Assembly: GCA_963743245.1 (NCBI GenBank)
Contig: CAVUPP010000020.1
Span: 768,167 to 832,166, forward strand
Source of the DNA: Vicinamibacteria bacterium
GTDB lineage: Bacteria > Acidobacteriota > Vicinamibacteria > Vicinamibacterales > JAENWD01
DNA length: 64,000 nt
Reading direction: 5' to 3'
Below the pieces are notes generated by a model. It saw only the letters and a program-made list of their open reading frames with translations, did not search any database and was not told the DNA's origin. Within the stretch, counting starts at the first letter, position 1. Each line of letters opens with the position of its first letter. Made by a program: the position numbers and the translations under genes. This document shows, piece after piece, positions 21,301 through 28,964 of the stretch.

Positions 21301-21772
21301 CCTGCTGAATCAGCGGTTCCGCTGGGTCTTCGGGACGCTCCAGGCCGCGTGGAAGCAGCGCGACACGCTGTTCCGCCCGCGCTTTGGCGCACTTGGCCTC
21401 GCCGCGATGCCCAACCTGATCGTGTTCCAGGTCCTGTTCCCGCTGGTCTCACCGATGATGGATCTGCAGATGCTCGCGTCGCTCGGAGCGGCGGCCCTCC
21501 AGCGCCACCAGCATCCCGCGGAATTCTCGGCCGACATCATGAACCGCACGCTGTTCTTCTACGCGCTGTTCGTGGTGGTCGATCTGGCGGCAGGTGCGCT
21601 CGCGTTCGTGCTCGAACGCAAGGAAGACTGGAAACTGCTGCTCTGGCTGCCGCTGCAGCGATTCACCTACCGCCAACTGATGTACTACGTTGTCGTGAAG
21701 TCGGCCGTCGCGGCGCTGCGGGGAACGCGCGTGGGGTGGGGCAAGCTCGAACGAAAAGCCACGGTTACGTAA
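18377..21772 (+). CDS. Multidomain exopolysaccharide synthase: TM segment, GH18-like domain, CE4 polysaccharide deacetylase and GT2 processive glycosyltransferase (PNAG/PgaC-PgaB-like)
   Basis: The GH18-like region contains GVNLDFE and LILMAYDEH. The NodB motifs are ALTFDDGPDP and HEVGNHTFTH. The GT2 motifs are VAVIVPAHNES, VVDDGSTDDT, ALDADT and QRFRWVFG. Confidence 0.85.
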   Translation: MPSSNRQIFYDPEQRRWRWVRRLGLVALGALSLSFLVAMAMVLVNPALPAIGLPPNERLPQPHHVVLPRPERPARAAERRYLETRRALAEANATARRSASRPVPAPAHRTELTGFFVNWDDTSFTSLKENIRSLDRLMPEWLHLTDATGTIDLDQPARQQDVMAFVARAKPGLRIVPLVNNFDAATVQWQSGALATMLASPEARHRAIDQLRSYVQARHFAGVNLDFESVPSRSRSHLVQFTRELHAVFHPLGLEVSQSVPLDDPAFDYPQLSRACDYLILMAYDEHTGDGDAGSIASQAWFSQTLERRVEEVTPDRIVVALGSYGYDWIDGRHGTEVSFQEAVRTAAESEGHIGLDEDSLNPTYDYFDDGDRLHHVWFLNGVTAFNEVRDASDIDLRGYALWRLGSEDPSVWTVFDHRSHLDEPIARQLSTLRYGYDIDYEGQGEVLRVIATPREGRRDVQYDSTSGLITDERLLDYPSPYVIERRGTGTPKAMALTFDDGPDPRWTPQILDVLRTQQAPATFFVIGVNADQDPALLERMMREGHEVGNHTFTHPDISTITRQQLRLEINATERLLESVIGRRSLLFRPPYAEDIEPETPDQVNPLLYTSSTGYYTIGLGIDPNDWTNPGVDRIVQDTIDGADAGRGHVVLLHDGGGDRTQTVAALPGIIDGLRRRGYSLVTVSSLVGLSREAVMPPVPPQEWWSLWLTDAAFLTLGSASAVLRTLFLVGIALAIVRLAVIGTLAVWQRARAHRHRPPGAPPATVAVIVPAHNESKVIVRTVEALLASDGPGVDILVVDDGSTDDTADMAEEAFRTVPRVRVLRKPNGGKAAALNYGLRLTDAPIVVALDADTIFEPSTVTRLVQAFRSPRVGAVAGNAKVGNRINLLTRWQALEYITSQNLERRAFDSLNGITVVPGAVGAWRRELVVAAGGLNDDTLAEDADLTMRILRAGYEIVYEDEAIAWTEAPDTVQGLLNQRFRWVFGTLQAAWKQRDTLFRPRFGALGLAAMPNLIVFQVLFPLVSPMMDLQMLASLGAAALQRHQHPAEFSADIMNRTLFFYALFVVVDLAAGALAFVLERKEDWKLLLWLPLQRFTYRQLMYYVVVKSAVAALRGTRVGWGKLERKATVT

Positions 21773-21806
21773 GGTCGTCGTGCGGCCGCGTGCGCATGGC
21801 AACGGT

Positions 21807-23132
21807 TCACGAACGCGAACGGCGGTTCGAGGGGATCAGCGCGTACACCACGGCTCCGAGCGCGAGGATGCCGGATCCGGCCAGCGACTGCGTCGGGTAC
21901 GCGAAGAAGCTGTTGACGACCATCCCGATAGCGACGAGCACGAACGTCCCCGTCGTCCAGGGGTGGCCGGGGACGGGCACGACATCAGGCCCCGTTTCGC
22001 CGCGCGCTCGCACGACGAAGATCGCGCCGGCCGCAAACATGAAGAACAGCCAATCCGCGAAGACGACGTACGACAATAGTTCGTCGTACGTGTTCGTCGT
22101 GAGGAGGACGAGCGACACGGCCGCCTGGAACCACAACGCGAACACGGGCGTGCCGTAGCGCGGATGGAGGCGCCCGGCTCGTTCGAAGAAGACGCCATCC
22201 CGTGCCATCGCATAGTACAAGCGGGGACCGGTCAGGGTCATCGCGGCCAGATACCCCAGGCACGAGATCACGATCAGCGCCGACACGAAGCGGCCGCCAC
22301 TCTCGCCGACCATCGCGCGGGCGGCGTCCGCCGCGAGCGCGGACGAGTGCGCGATCGCGTCCGGCGGCAGCGCGCGAAGATACGCGAGGTTCAGCGTGAC
22401 GTAGAGCACGATGACCACGTTCACGCCGATGATGTTGGCCCACGCGAGCGTGCGTGCCGGATTCTTGATCTCTGCCGCGAGCGTGCCGCAGTTCTGCCAT
22501 CCGCCGTACGCAAACATGATCGGGACGAGCGCCGTCAGCAGCAGGGGGAGGACGAATCCGTTGCGTGGCAGCTCGACGGTGAAATGGCTCGCCCAGGGGG
22601 CCGGGCTGGAGAAGATCAGGCCCGCGAGCACGACCATGCCGCCGATCTTCACCGCCATGAGGACATTGTTGGTGCGTGTGCCGGCCTTTACGCCGAGGGC
22701 GTTGATGGCCGTGAACACGATGAGCGCCGACGCCGCAGCCAGGCGAATGCCAGTCGGGCCGAGCGGCACGAACGCGCGGTCCACATAGCTGCCGAAAATG
22801 ATCGCGACCGCCGCGAGCGATCCGCCGTTGATGATGAAGAGCAGCGCGAATCCGTACAGAAACCCGATGATTGGCGGGTAGTTCCTCGTCAGATACACGT
22901 ACTGGCCGCCCACGTACGGGAAGCGGGAGCCCAGTTCGGCCCAGATGTAGCCGCCCAGTATCGTGACGACGCCGCCGACGCACCAGGCTCCGAGGATCAG
23001 GAGTGGCGAATCGAGAATGCGCGCGACGTTCGACGGATTCGCGAAGATGCCGACGCCGATGATGCCGCCGATGACAACGACGACGGCGTCGATGAGACCC
23101 AGCTCGCGTCGGAATTCTGCCGCCCCAGACAT
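21807..23132 (-). CDS. APC-family amino acid permease
   Basis: 441 aa with about 12 hydrophobic segments. The N-terminus reads LGLIDAVVVVIGGIIGVGIF, which is typical of APC transporters. Confidence 0.8.
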   Translation of the reverse strand: MSGAAEFRRELGLIDAVVVVIGGIIGVGIFANPSNVARILDSPLLILGAWCVGGVVTILGGYIWAELGSRFPYVGGQYVYLTRNYPPIIGFLYGFALLFIINGGSLAAVAIIFGSYVDRAFVPLGPTGIRLAAASALIVFTAINALGVKAGTRTNNVLMAVKIGGMVVLAGLIFSSPAPWASHFTVELPRNGFVLPLLLTALVPIMFAYGGWQNCGTLAAEIKNPARTLAWANIIGVNVVIVLYVTLNLAYLRALPPDAIAHSSALAADAARAMVGESGGRFVSALIVISCLGYLAAMTLTGPRLYYAMARDGVFFERAGRLHPRYGTPVFALWFQAAVSLVLLTTNTYDELLSYVVFADWLFFMFAAGAIFVVRARGETGPDVVPVPGHPWTTGTFVLVAIGMVVNSFFAYPTQSLAGSGILALGAVVYALIPSNRRSRS

Positions 23133-23154
23133 TGAGCCGGCAGTCTATCTCTAT

Positions 23155-23245
23155 CCACGGTCCACGGCCCACCCTGCGGCGCACGGCACATGGCACACGG
23201 CTCAAGGCCCAAAGCCGAAAGCCCGAGGCCGATGGCCTGAAGGCT
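23155..23245. repeat. Heptamer tandem array (13 units) drifting into the AAAGCCC family
   Basis: Reads CCACGGT CCACGGC CCACCCT GCGGCGC ACGGCAC ATGGCAC ACGGCTC AAGGCCC AAAGCCG AAAGCCC GAGGCCG ATGGCCT GAAGGCT. Confidence 0.85.
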
Positions 23246-23249
23246 CGCT

Positions 23250-25331
23250 CTACTTCCTGACAAACAGCTGAAAGCGGGGGAAGACGAACGCCCCCGCTCC
23301 ATCGTCCACGACGTTGATCTGGCAGGTGTAGAGACCGAGAGGCAGTGCACCCGGTGGCAGATCGAATCGGAACACGGCCGCCTGCCGGTCTGGCGCCGTG
23401 AGCTCGGTCGCTTCGACGGGTGGCGTCTCGAAGGCGCGCACCCGGCCGCGGAAGAACGTGATGCTCGTGACCAGCTTCACTGTGTGCGAGTTGCCCCCGG
23501 GCTGGTAGACCTCGTAGTAGAAGTACAGATGCTGACCGGCCGAGACCACGTGCGTGACATTGGGCACGAGCTTCTGGCCGTTCTGCGCCAGCGGACTCTT
23601 GTCGTCCTTGCGCGCGCCCGTCTGAAGCTGCGTGCCGACCACGACGGAGCTCAATTTGAGTGGATTCGCCTTGAGATCCGGCACTTGCAGGTCGGATTCA
23701 TACGAGCCGTAGGTGCCCAGCACGTTCTCGCGGACGACGACCTTCACGCGGTACGTGCCAGGCGACAGCTCGAGTCCGGTTTCGTACTGCACGATCTTCC
23801 GCTTGAGATCGGCCAGGCCTTCCGGCGCGAGGTGCACGGTGTCGCGGATCTGTCCGACGGGCCGCTTCTGCTTGTCCTCGACCACGCCGAGCACGTCGAG
23901 CGACGCTTTACCCGACTCTGTCTTCGCGGTCACCGGGACCTGATAGCCGGGCACGACGATCGACAATGACACGTAGCTTCGTTTGTCGGACAGCCGGAAC
24001 GCCGCCGCCGAGAGGTACGCGCTGAGGTCGGTCGCAGACAGGTCCGAGAGGAGCTGATCCTCGAGCTGCGCTTCGCGATCCTCACGCGAGGAATGGGAGA
24101 AGTCACGGCCGGCGTAGTAGCCGGCGCGGTACTCGACCTTCAATCCCGGACGTCTGGTCTTGACCGAAATCCGCCGGTAACGCCCGTCGCGAGCCGGATT
24201 CGTGCTGGCATAGGCGAGCACGTAATACGCGGAGGTGTCGTGGATGACTTGCGTGAAGACGCCGCTCAGATCATTGGTGTCAAAGAACGCGCGTCCGCCG
24301 GTGTCCTCCGCGATCGTGGTCAACGTATCCTGCGACCCCGCCATCGCGTCGAATTGAGTGCCCACGCTGGCACCGGAGAACGGTGCCTGACCCCGGAGAC
24401 TCGCCTGCCGGCTTTCGCCGCCCGGCACGATCGCCTGCAGGCCGCGTGCGTCGCTCGCGTAGATTGAGACGTTGGCTCGCACCGCGCGGTCCACCGTGCG
24501 CCGCAGCTGCACCTGATTGTCCTGGCCGGACTGGCTCATGCCGCTGCTGAAATACACGATCGACTTCTTTTGATCGATTCCCGACAACGCGTCCGACAGC
24601 GTTTGCAGCGCCTGCAGGCGCCGATCCGTGTTGAAGATATTGAACTCGGTGTCGTCAACGGTGAACGCCGCCCCATTGTCCGGCGTGCCCTCTGAATCGC
24701 CGGCCGCGCCTTCCTCGAAGCCTTGTCCGCCGGCCGTGTTGAACGCATTGAGCGCGGCGACGAGAGCCGGCCGGTCCGCCGTGAAGTCCTGGTTCACTCG
24801 TAGAGCCGTCGAAAACGATGCAATCGCCACCAGATCCGCGGGCGACAGCTGATTCGTGAGGTAATCGCGAGCCGCAACGACGGCGCGTTCGAGCTCTTCG
24901 GTCTGCATGGAGCTCAAATCGAAGAACAGCACCACGAGCCGGCGCCCACGGAGGTCGGGTGCCGGTGCAACGCTAGCGGCTGGTGCGCCCGATGCGGAGG
25001 GAGCCGATGGCGAGGGCACCGCCTTCAATGCACCACCCAGCACCCTGACCGCATCGAGCGCGGCAATATCGGGTGACGTCCCCAAATCCTCGGCGTCGAA
25101 CGTCTGGATCACCTGCGCCTTGCCATCCTCGCTGACCGTGAAATCGTCCTTCGTCAGGCCGCGGACGATGGCGCCCGTGCGATCCCGGACGACGACATTC
25201 ACGAGGACCAGCTCGGTGGACGTCTTGAACGCGGGCGGACGTTGTCCGATGGACTGTCCCCGCAGCCGCACACTCGGCAGCGCGAGGAGCACGGAGAGAA
25301 CGGCGAAGGCACCGAGGCGTCGGAGCGACAT
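23250..25331 (-). CDS. VWA-domain protein of the acidobacterial VWFA-related family (TIGR03436-like)
   Basis: Has a signal peptide. The N-terminal motif is TELVLVNVVVRDRTGAIVRGLTKDDFTVSEDGKAQ, and the VWA core contains VVLFFDLSS and VSIYASDARGL. Its start lies 1 nt after the upstream OMP gene's stop codon. Confidence 0.85.
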   Translation of the reverse strand: MSLRRLGAFAVLSVLLALPSVRLRGQSIGQRPPAFKTSTELVLVNVVVRDRTGAIVRGLTKDDFTVSEDGKAQVIQTFDAEDLGTSPDIAALDAVRVLGGALKAVPSPSAPSASGAPAASVAPAPDLRGRRLVVLFFDLSSMQTEELERAVVAARDYLTNQLSPADLVAIASFSTALRVNQDFTADRPALVAALNAFNTAGGQGFEEGAAGDSEGTPDNGAAFTVDDTEFNIFNTDRRLQALQTLSDALSGIDQKKSIVYFSSGMSQSGQDNQVQLRRTVDRAVRANVSIYASDARGLQAIVPGGESRQASLRGQAPFSGASVGTQFDAMAGSQDTLTTIAEDTGGRAFFDTNDLSGVFTQVIHDTSAYYVLAYASTNPARDGRYRRISVKTRRPGLKVEYRAGYYAGRDFSHSSREDREAQLEDQLLSDLSATDLSAYLSAAAFRLSDKRSYVSLSIVVPGYQVPVTAKTESGKASLDVLGVVEDKQKRPVGQIRDTVHLAPEGLADLKRKIVQYETGLELSPGTYRVKVVVRENVLGTYGSYESDLQVPDLKANPLKLSSVVVGTQLQTGARKDDKSPLAQNGQKLVPNVTHVVSAGQHLYFYYEVYQPGGNSHTVKLVTSITFFRGRVRAFETPPVEATELTAPDRQAAVFRFDLPPGALPLGLYTCQINVVDDGAGAFVFPRFQLFVRK

Positions 25332-25332
25332 G

Positions 25333-28300
25333 TCAGAACCGGAACCGTGCGAGCACCTGCATGCGCCGGGCCGCTCGTGCCGCGGTGACCTGACCGAAGG
25401 TCGGCGAGTTGACCACGGTATCGATCGTGGCCCATTGCTCGGTGTTCAACAGGTTGTTGGCGATGATCTCGAGCGTGAGCGCGCGATCGCCGCCGAGCGG
25501 AATGTTGCGCGTGAGCCGGCCGTTCAAGTTCGTCACGCCGGGGCCGATGATGGTGTTCCGTCCGGCCGTGCCGTACTCACCGGGCAGAGGCACGATGAAC
25601 GCGGCCGTGTTGAAGAACTCTGCCGTGGTCGGATGGTCGAGCGCGACCTTCTGTCCGGTCGTGTCGGCGCGCAACGTCCCGTTGACGCCATTGGCCACGT
25701 CGCTGGTCGAACCCAGCACTCGTGCCGTGAACGGCGTGCCCGACGATAGTTGCAGGTTCATGTTCCACGACCAGCCTCCGAACACCGCGGCAGGAAGGCC
25801 GTGCTGCGCCCAGCGGCCGTCGCTCCCGAACGGGAGCTGCCAGGTCATGTTGGCCGCAAACCGGTGGCGCTGGTCGAAGCTCGAAAGGCCACGCTCCGCC
25901 GCGAGGTCCTGATCGTTCTGCGCCACGACCGTCCCGCTGCCTCCAATGGACGAAGCGTTGTCGATCGACTTCGAGAACGTGTAGCTCCCGCCGGCCGCGA
26001 ACCCCTTTGTCAGACGCTTACGCAGACGCAGCGTGAGACCGTGCGTGATGGATTGCCCCTGTGAGGTCTCGTAGTAGAACGACGAGACGCCCTGAATGGT
26101 CAGTCCGTCGGCGGATCGATTCGGTGCGCGCACGATCTCGAGACTCGATCCTCGCGTCCCGATGTACGCGACGTTCAACGTCAACGTCCGCGTCAGGTCG
26201 CGTTGCACGTCGAGATTCCAGATCTGGACCCAGGGCACGCGGAAGTTGGGGTCCACGGCGAAATTGTTCGTGGCGACGCCCGTGGCGGTGAGGAGTGCTG
26301 TCTGGAATGCTGCCGGATTTTCCAGCGTGGCAAGAACGGTGTTGGTCGTGCTGAAGGGCGGCTGCAGCGCCAGCTGTTGGGCGATCGCGGGATACGCGCT
26401 CGTGCTGTAGTTGATGCCGTATCCCGCCCGGACGACTGTGGATCGCCTGGCTCGCCAGGCCACCCCGATCCGCGGCGCGACATTGTTGCCGTCAGCCGTG
26501 ACGATCGTGTCCGGGAACGTGCCGTAGTAGGGACCGGTCTCTCCGGCCTGCACCGGTGTCGCCGCCGAGAACGCGGGATCGATATCGAGCGTGACGAGGC
26601 GGTTCTCCGCTTCGCTGTACGGCGACTGATACTCGTACCGCACGCCGGCGTTGAGCGTCAGATCGCCGGCGAGCCGCCAATCGTCCTGGAGGTACGCGTC
26701 AAACGACGACGCCCTGAATGTATTGACGCCGGCGCCGAACTGCACCGTCGCCTGCTGCGGCAGGCCGAGCAGATAGTCGGCAAGGTCGAGACCCGTATAG
26801 AGACCTGTGAACACATAGCTTCCGCGCGGGTTGTTGTCGCTGCGGCTGTCGAAGCCGACGTGCCGGTAGTCCGCTCCGAAGCGCAGCGTATGATTCCCGA
26901 CCGTCTTCACGATCGAATCGCCAATGGTGAACGTCTGATCCGTGCGCGTGGATGGCGTCGTGTCGCGGACGCTCGAGATGCTGCTGAACGAGAGCGACGG
27001 GACGCCCCAGTCGAACGGAGCGGTGGAGACACCCAGCAGACCGGCATCGCCCGCGATGTCTTGTGCGAACGCATACAGGTTGATACCCGTCCGCTCCTGG
27101 CGATTGAAGTGTAGTGAGAGCGAGTGCATCAAGCCCTTGTAACCAAACGTGTAGCCGACCGGGATGTCCCACGCGCTCGATTTCGACGTGCCACCGAGCG
27201 TCGGCCACAGCCCGGCGCTCGTCGAGTCCGACCGGCGGTAATGGAGGCCGATGTTCAGGTTGCGCGTGTTGCGGCCGCCGCGACCGAAGCGGCCGCCGCC
27301 ACCTCCCGGTCCACCTCCGGCGCGTCCCGGTGGACCGAGTCCACCGGGACCTTGCTGCGGGCCTTGTGGCGATCCCGGGCGCGTGTTGGAGGCGCCAAAC
27401 GTGCGGATGAAGCGGATGTTGATGTCGTCCTGGCTGGTCGTCGTGGTCGTCGAGTAGTGAAAGTTCTGCAGACTGGATTGATTGGGCGAGGGCATCACCG
27501 CCAGGAGCGCGCGAGCCGAGGGATCGATGCGATCCGCCGGAATGACGCCGCCCGGGAAGGGCAATCCCGTCGTTGGATCCACGATCGTTTGTCCGAGCGC
27601 CGAGAAGTCGCCGCTTCGTTCCGCGGGCGTCAGCACTCGCGAGTACGCGTCGTACGGCGTATGCGATCGGTTCCCCGTGTAGTTCAGGAAGAAGAACGTT
27701 CGCGTGTCGCCGGCGTACAGCTTGGGGATGGTGAACGGGCCGCCGATCGTACCGCCGAATCGCTGCTGGAAGTAGCTCGGCTTGCTCGTCGCCTGTCCGT
27801 TCAACGAGAAGGGCGCGGCGTCGAGTGCTGAGCTGCTGACGCTCTCGTAGAGCGAGCCGCGCAGCCGGTTGTTTTGCATGCGGCCGAACGCCGGGCGTCC
27901 GCCGCCGAACCCCCCGCCAGGACCGAAGCCGCCGCCTCCGCCTCCGCCTCCGAATCCACCTGGTCCGCCAAACCCGCCTCCACCGCCTGGGCCGCCGAAG
28001 CCGCCCCCTGGGCCACCGGGAAACCCCTGCCCGCCTTCGCCGGGAGGTCCTTCGCCAAACTGCGATGGATCGAATCGTTCGCCGGGTCCCATCCCATCCG
28101 CCGATCGATTGCTCGCCAGCGTCGTCACCGTATCGGTGGAAGAGTCCGCGGAAAACCCTGGCGGGAGCAGGGGCTGCGCGGCCGCATCGGTGCTGTCGCC
28201 CGCCTGAGTAGCGCCCTGGTCGGCGCGCAGCGTCAGACCCTGAAACTGAGCCGGCCCCTGTTGCTGGCGGCCGCGTCCGCGCGAAGCCTGTGCACCGGCC

Positions 28301-28821
28301 CCGCCTGAACCAGTGCCGCTCCGTGCAGGAGCAGGACGTGTCGGAGGTGGAGCGTTGGTGGCTCCCTCACCCGCGTGCGCCTCGGCTGCCGGCTTTGGCT
28401 GTCGTGACGCCAGCGTCGTCGAGAGCGTGACCTGGGCGCGACACGCGTCGGCCGTCAACGTGATGGTCCGTTCAATCGACGCGAAGGCAACGAGCTCGCC
28501 CTTGAGCACGTACTCGCCAGGTCCTGGTGCAGGCAGCTCGAACGCCCCATCCGGGCCCGTGGAACCTGCGGTGCTCTTGGCCTCCGGGCCGGTATTGGGC
28601 GTGAGGGTCAGAGCGACCCCGGGCAGCGGGATCTGTCCCGCCGTGATGGTCCCTGTTACGGCGCAAGCAGCCGGTGTTTGGGGCTGCGCCGGAGATGCGG
28701 ATGCCGCGAGGCACAACGCGATCGAGACCGCGGCAACGAAGGTGACTCGACAGCCGGACATGAGGCTGTCAGTGGGACGCGGCGCCACCGCGAATGGCCG
28801 GATCGGTCGCGGCACGCGCAT
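25333..28821 (-). CDS. TonB-dependent-receptor-like outer-membrane protein with a CarboxypepD_reg domain and two glycine-rich inserts
   Basis: Has a signal peptide, a CarboxypepD_reg-like domain, Gly-rich tracts (GGPGGGFGGPGGGGGFGG...), and a barrel ending ...QVLARFRF. An alternative start at 28761 is possible. Confidence 0.8.
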   Translation of the reverse strand: MRVPRPIRPFAVAPRPTDSLMSGCRVTFVAAVSIALCLAASASPAQPQTPAACAVTGTITAGQIPLPGVALTLTPNTGPEAKSTAGSTGPDGAFELPAPGPGEYVLKGELVAFASIERTITLTADACRAQVTLSTTLASRQPKPAAEAHAGEGATNAPPPTRPAPARSGTGSGGAGAQASRGRGRQQQGPAQFQGLTLRADQGATQAGDSTDAAAQPLLPPGFSADSSTDTVTTLASNRSADGMGPGERFDPSQFGEGPPGEGGQGFPGGPGGGFGGPGGGGGFGGPGGFGGGGGGGGFGPGGGFGGGRPAFGRMQNNRLRGSLYESVSSSALDAAPFSLNGQATSKPSYFQQRFGGTIGGPFTIPKLYAGDTRTFFFLNYTGNRSHTPYDAYSRVLTPAERSGDFSALGQTIVDPTTGLPFPGGVIPADRIDPSARALLAVMPSPNQSSLQNFHYSTTTTTSQDDINIRFIRTFGASNTRPGSPQGPQQGPGGLGPPGRAGGGPGGGGGRFGRGGRNTRNLNIGLHYRRSDSTSAGLWPTLGGTSKSSAWDIPVGYTFGYKGLMHSLSLHFNRQERTGINLYAFAQDIAGDAGLLGVSTAPFDWGVPSLSFSSISSVRDTTPSTRTDQTFTIGDSIVKTVGNHTLRFGADYRHVGFDSRSDNNPRGSYVFTGLYTGLDLADYLLGLPQQATVQFGAGVNTFRASSFDAYLQDDWRLAGDLTLNAGVRYEYQSPYSEAENRLVTLDIDPAFSAATPVQAGETGPYYGTFPDTIVTADGNNVAPRIGVAWRARRSTVVRAGYGINYSTSAYPAIAQQLALQPPFSTTNTVLATLENPAAFQTALLTATGVATNNFAVDPNFRVPWVQIWNLDVQRDLTRTLTLNVAYIGTRGSSLEIVRAPNRSADGLTIQGVSSFYYETSQGQSITHGLTLRLRKRLTKGFAAGGSYTFSKSIDNASSIGGSGTVVAQNDQDLAAERGLSSFDQRHRFAANMTWQLPFGSDGRWAQHGLPAAVFGGWSWNMNLQLSSGTPFTARVLGSTSDVANGVNGTLRADTTGQKVALDHPTTAEFFNTAAFIVPLPGEYGTAGRNTIIGPGVTNLNGRLTRNIPLGGDRALTLEIIANNLLNTEQWATIDTVVNSPTFGQVTAARAARRMQVLARFRF

Positions 28822-28855
28822 ATCTGGAATTGTCGGACGGTCGGGCCGGGTTCCA

Positions 28856-28883
28856 GAATCTGGGCCCTTACTGGCCCAGATTC
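28856..28883. promoter_or_regulatory. Perfect 11-bp inverted repeat upstream of the OMP gene, abutting a heptamer array
   Basis: GAATCTGGGCC-CTTACT-GGCCCAGATTC. It could be an operator or an RNA stem-loop; its function is unknown. Confidence 0.4.
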
Positions 28884-28959
28884 AACTCCAACTGCCAACT
28901 TCCAACCTCCAAAGCCCAGGGCCAAGAGCCCAAAGCCTAAAGCCCAAGGCCCAAAGCCC
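28883..28959. repeat. Heptamer tandem array (11 units), AAAGCCC family
   Basis: Reads CAACTCC AACTGCC AACTTCC AACCTCC AAAGCCC AGGGCCA AGAGCCC AAAGCCT AAAGCCC AAGGCCC AAAGCCC. Confidence 0.9.
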
Positions 28960-28964
28960 GTGTG

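Noticed and set aside
27869-28207. The proline-rich plus-strand ORF (PPPNPPPGPKPPPPPPPPNPPGPP...) as a separate gene or a collagen/extensin-like protein
   Set aside because: It is the antisense reading of the glycine-rich insert of the outer-membrane protein gene on the minus strand.
28883-28959. The possibility that the repeat arrays are CRISPR arrays
   Set aside because: The units are 5-9 nt with no unique spacers, the arrays are only 30-100 nt long, and there are no cas genes in the window.
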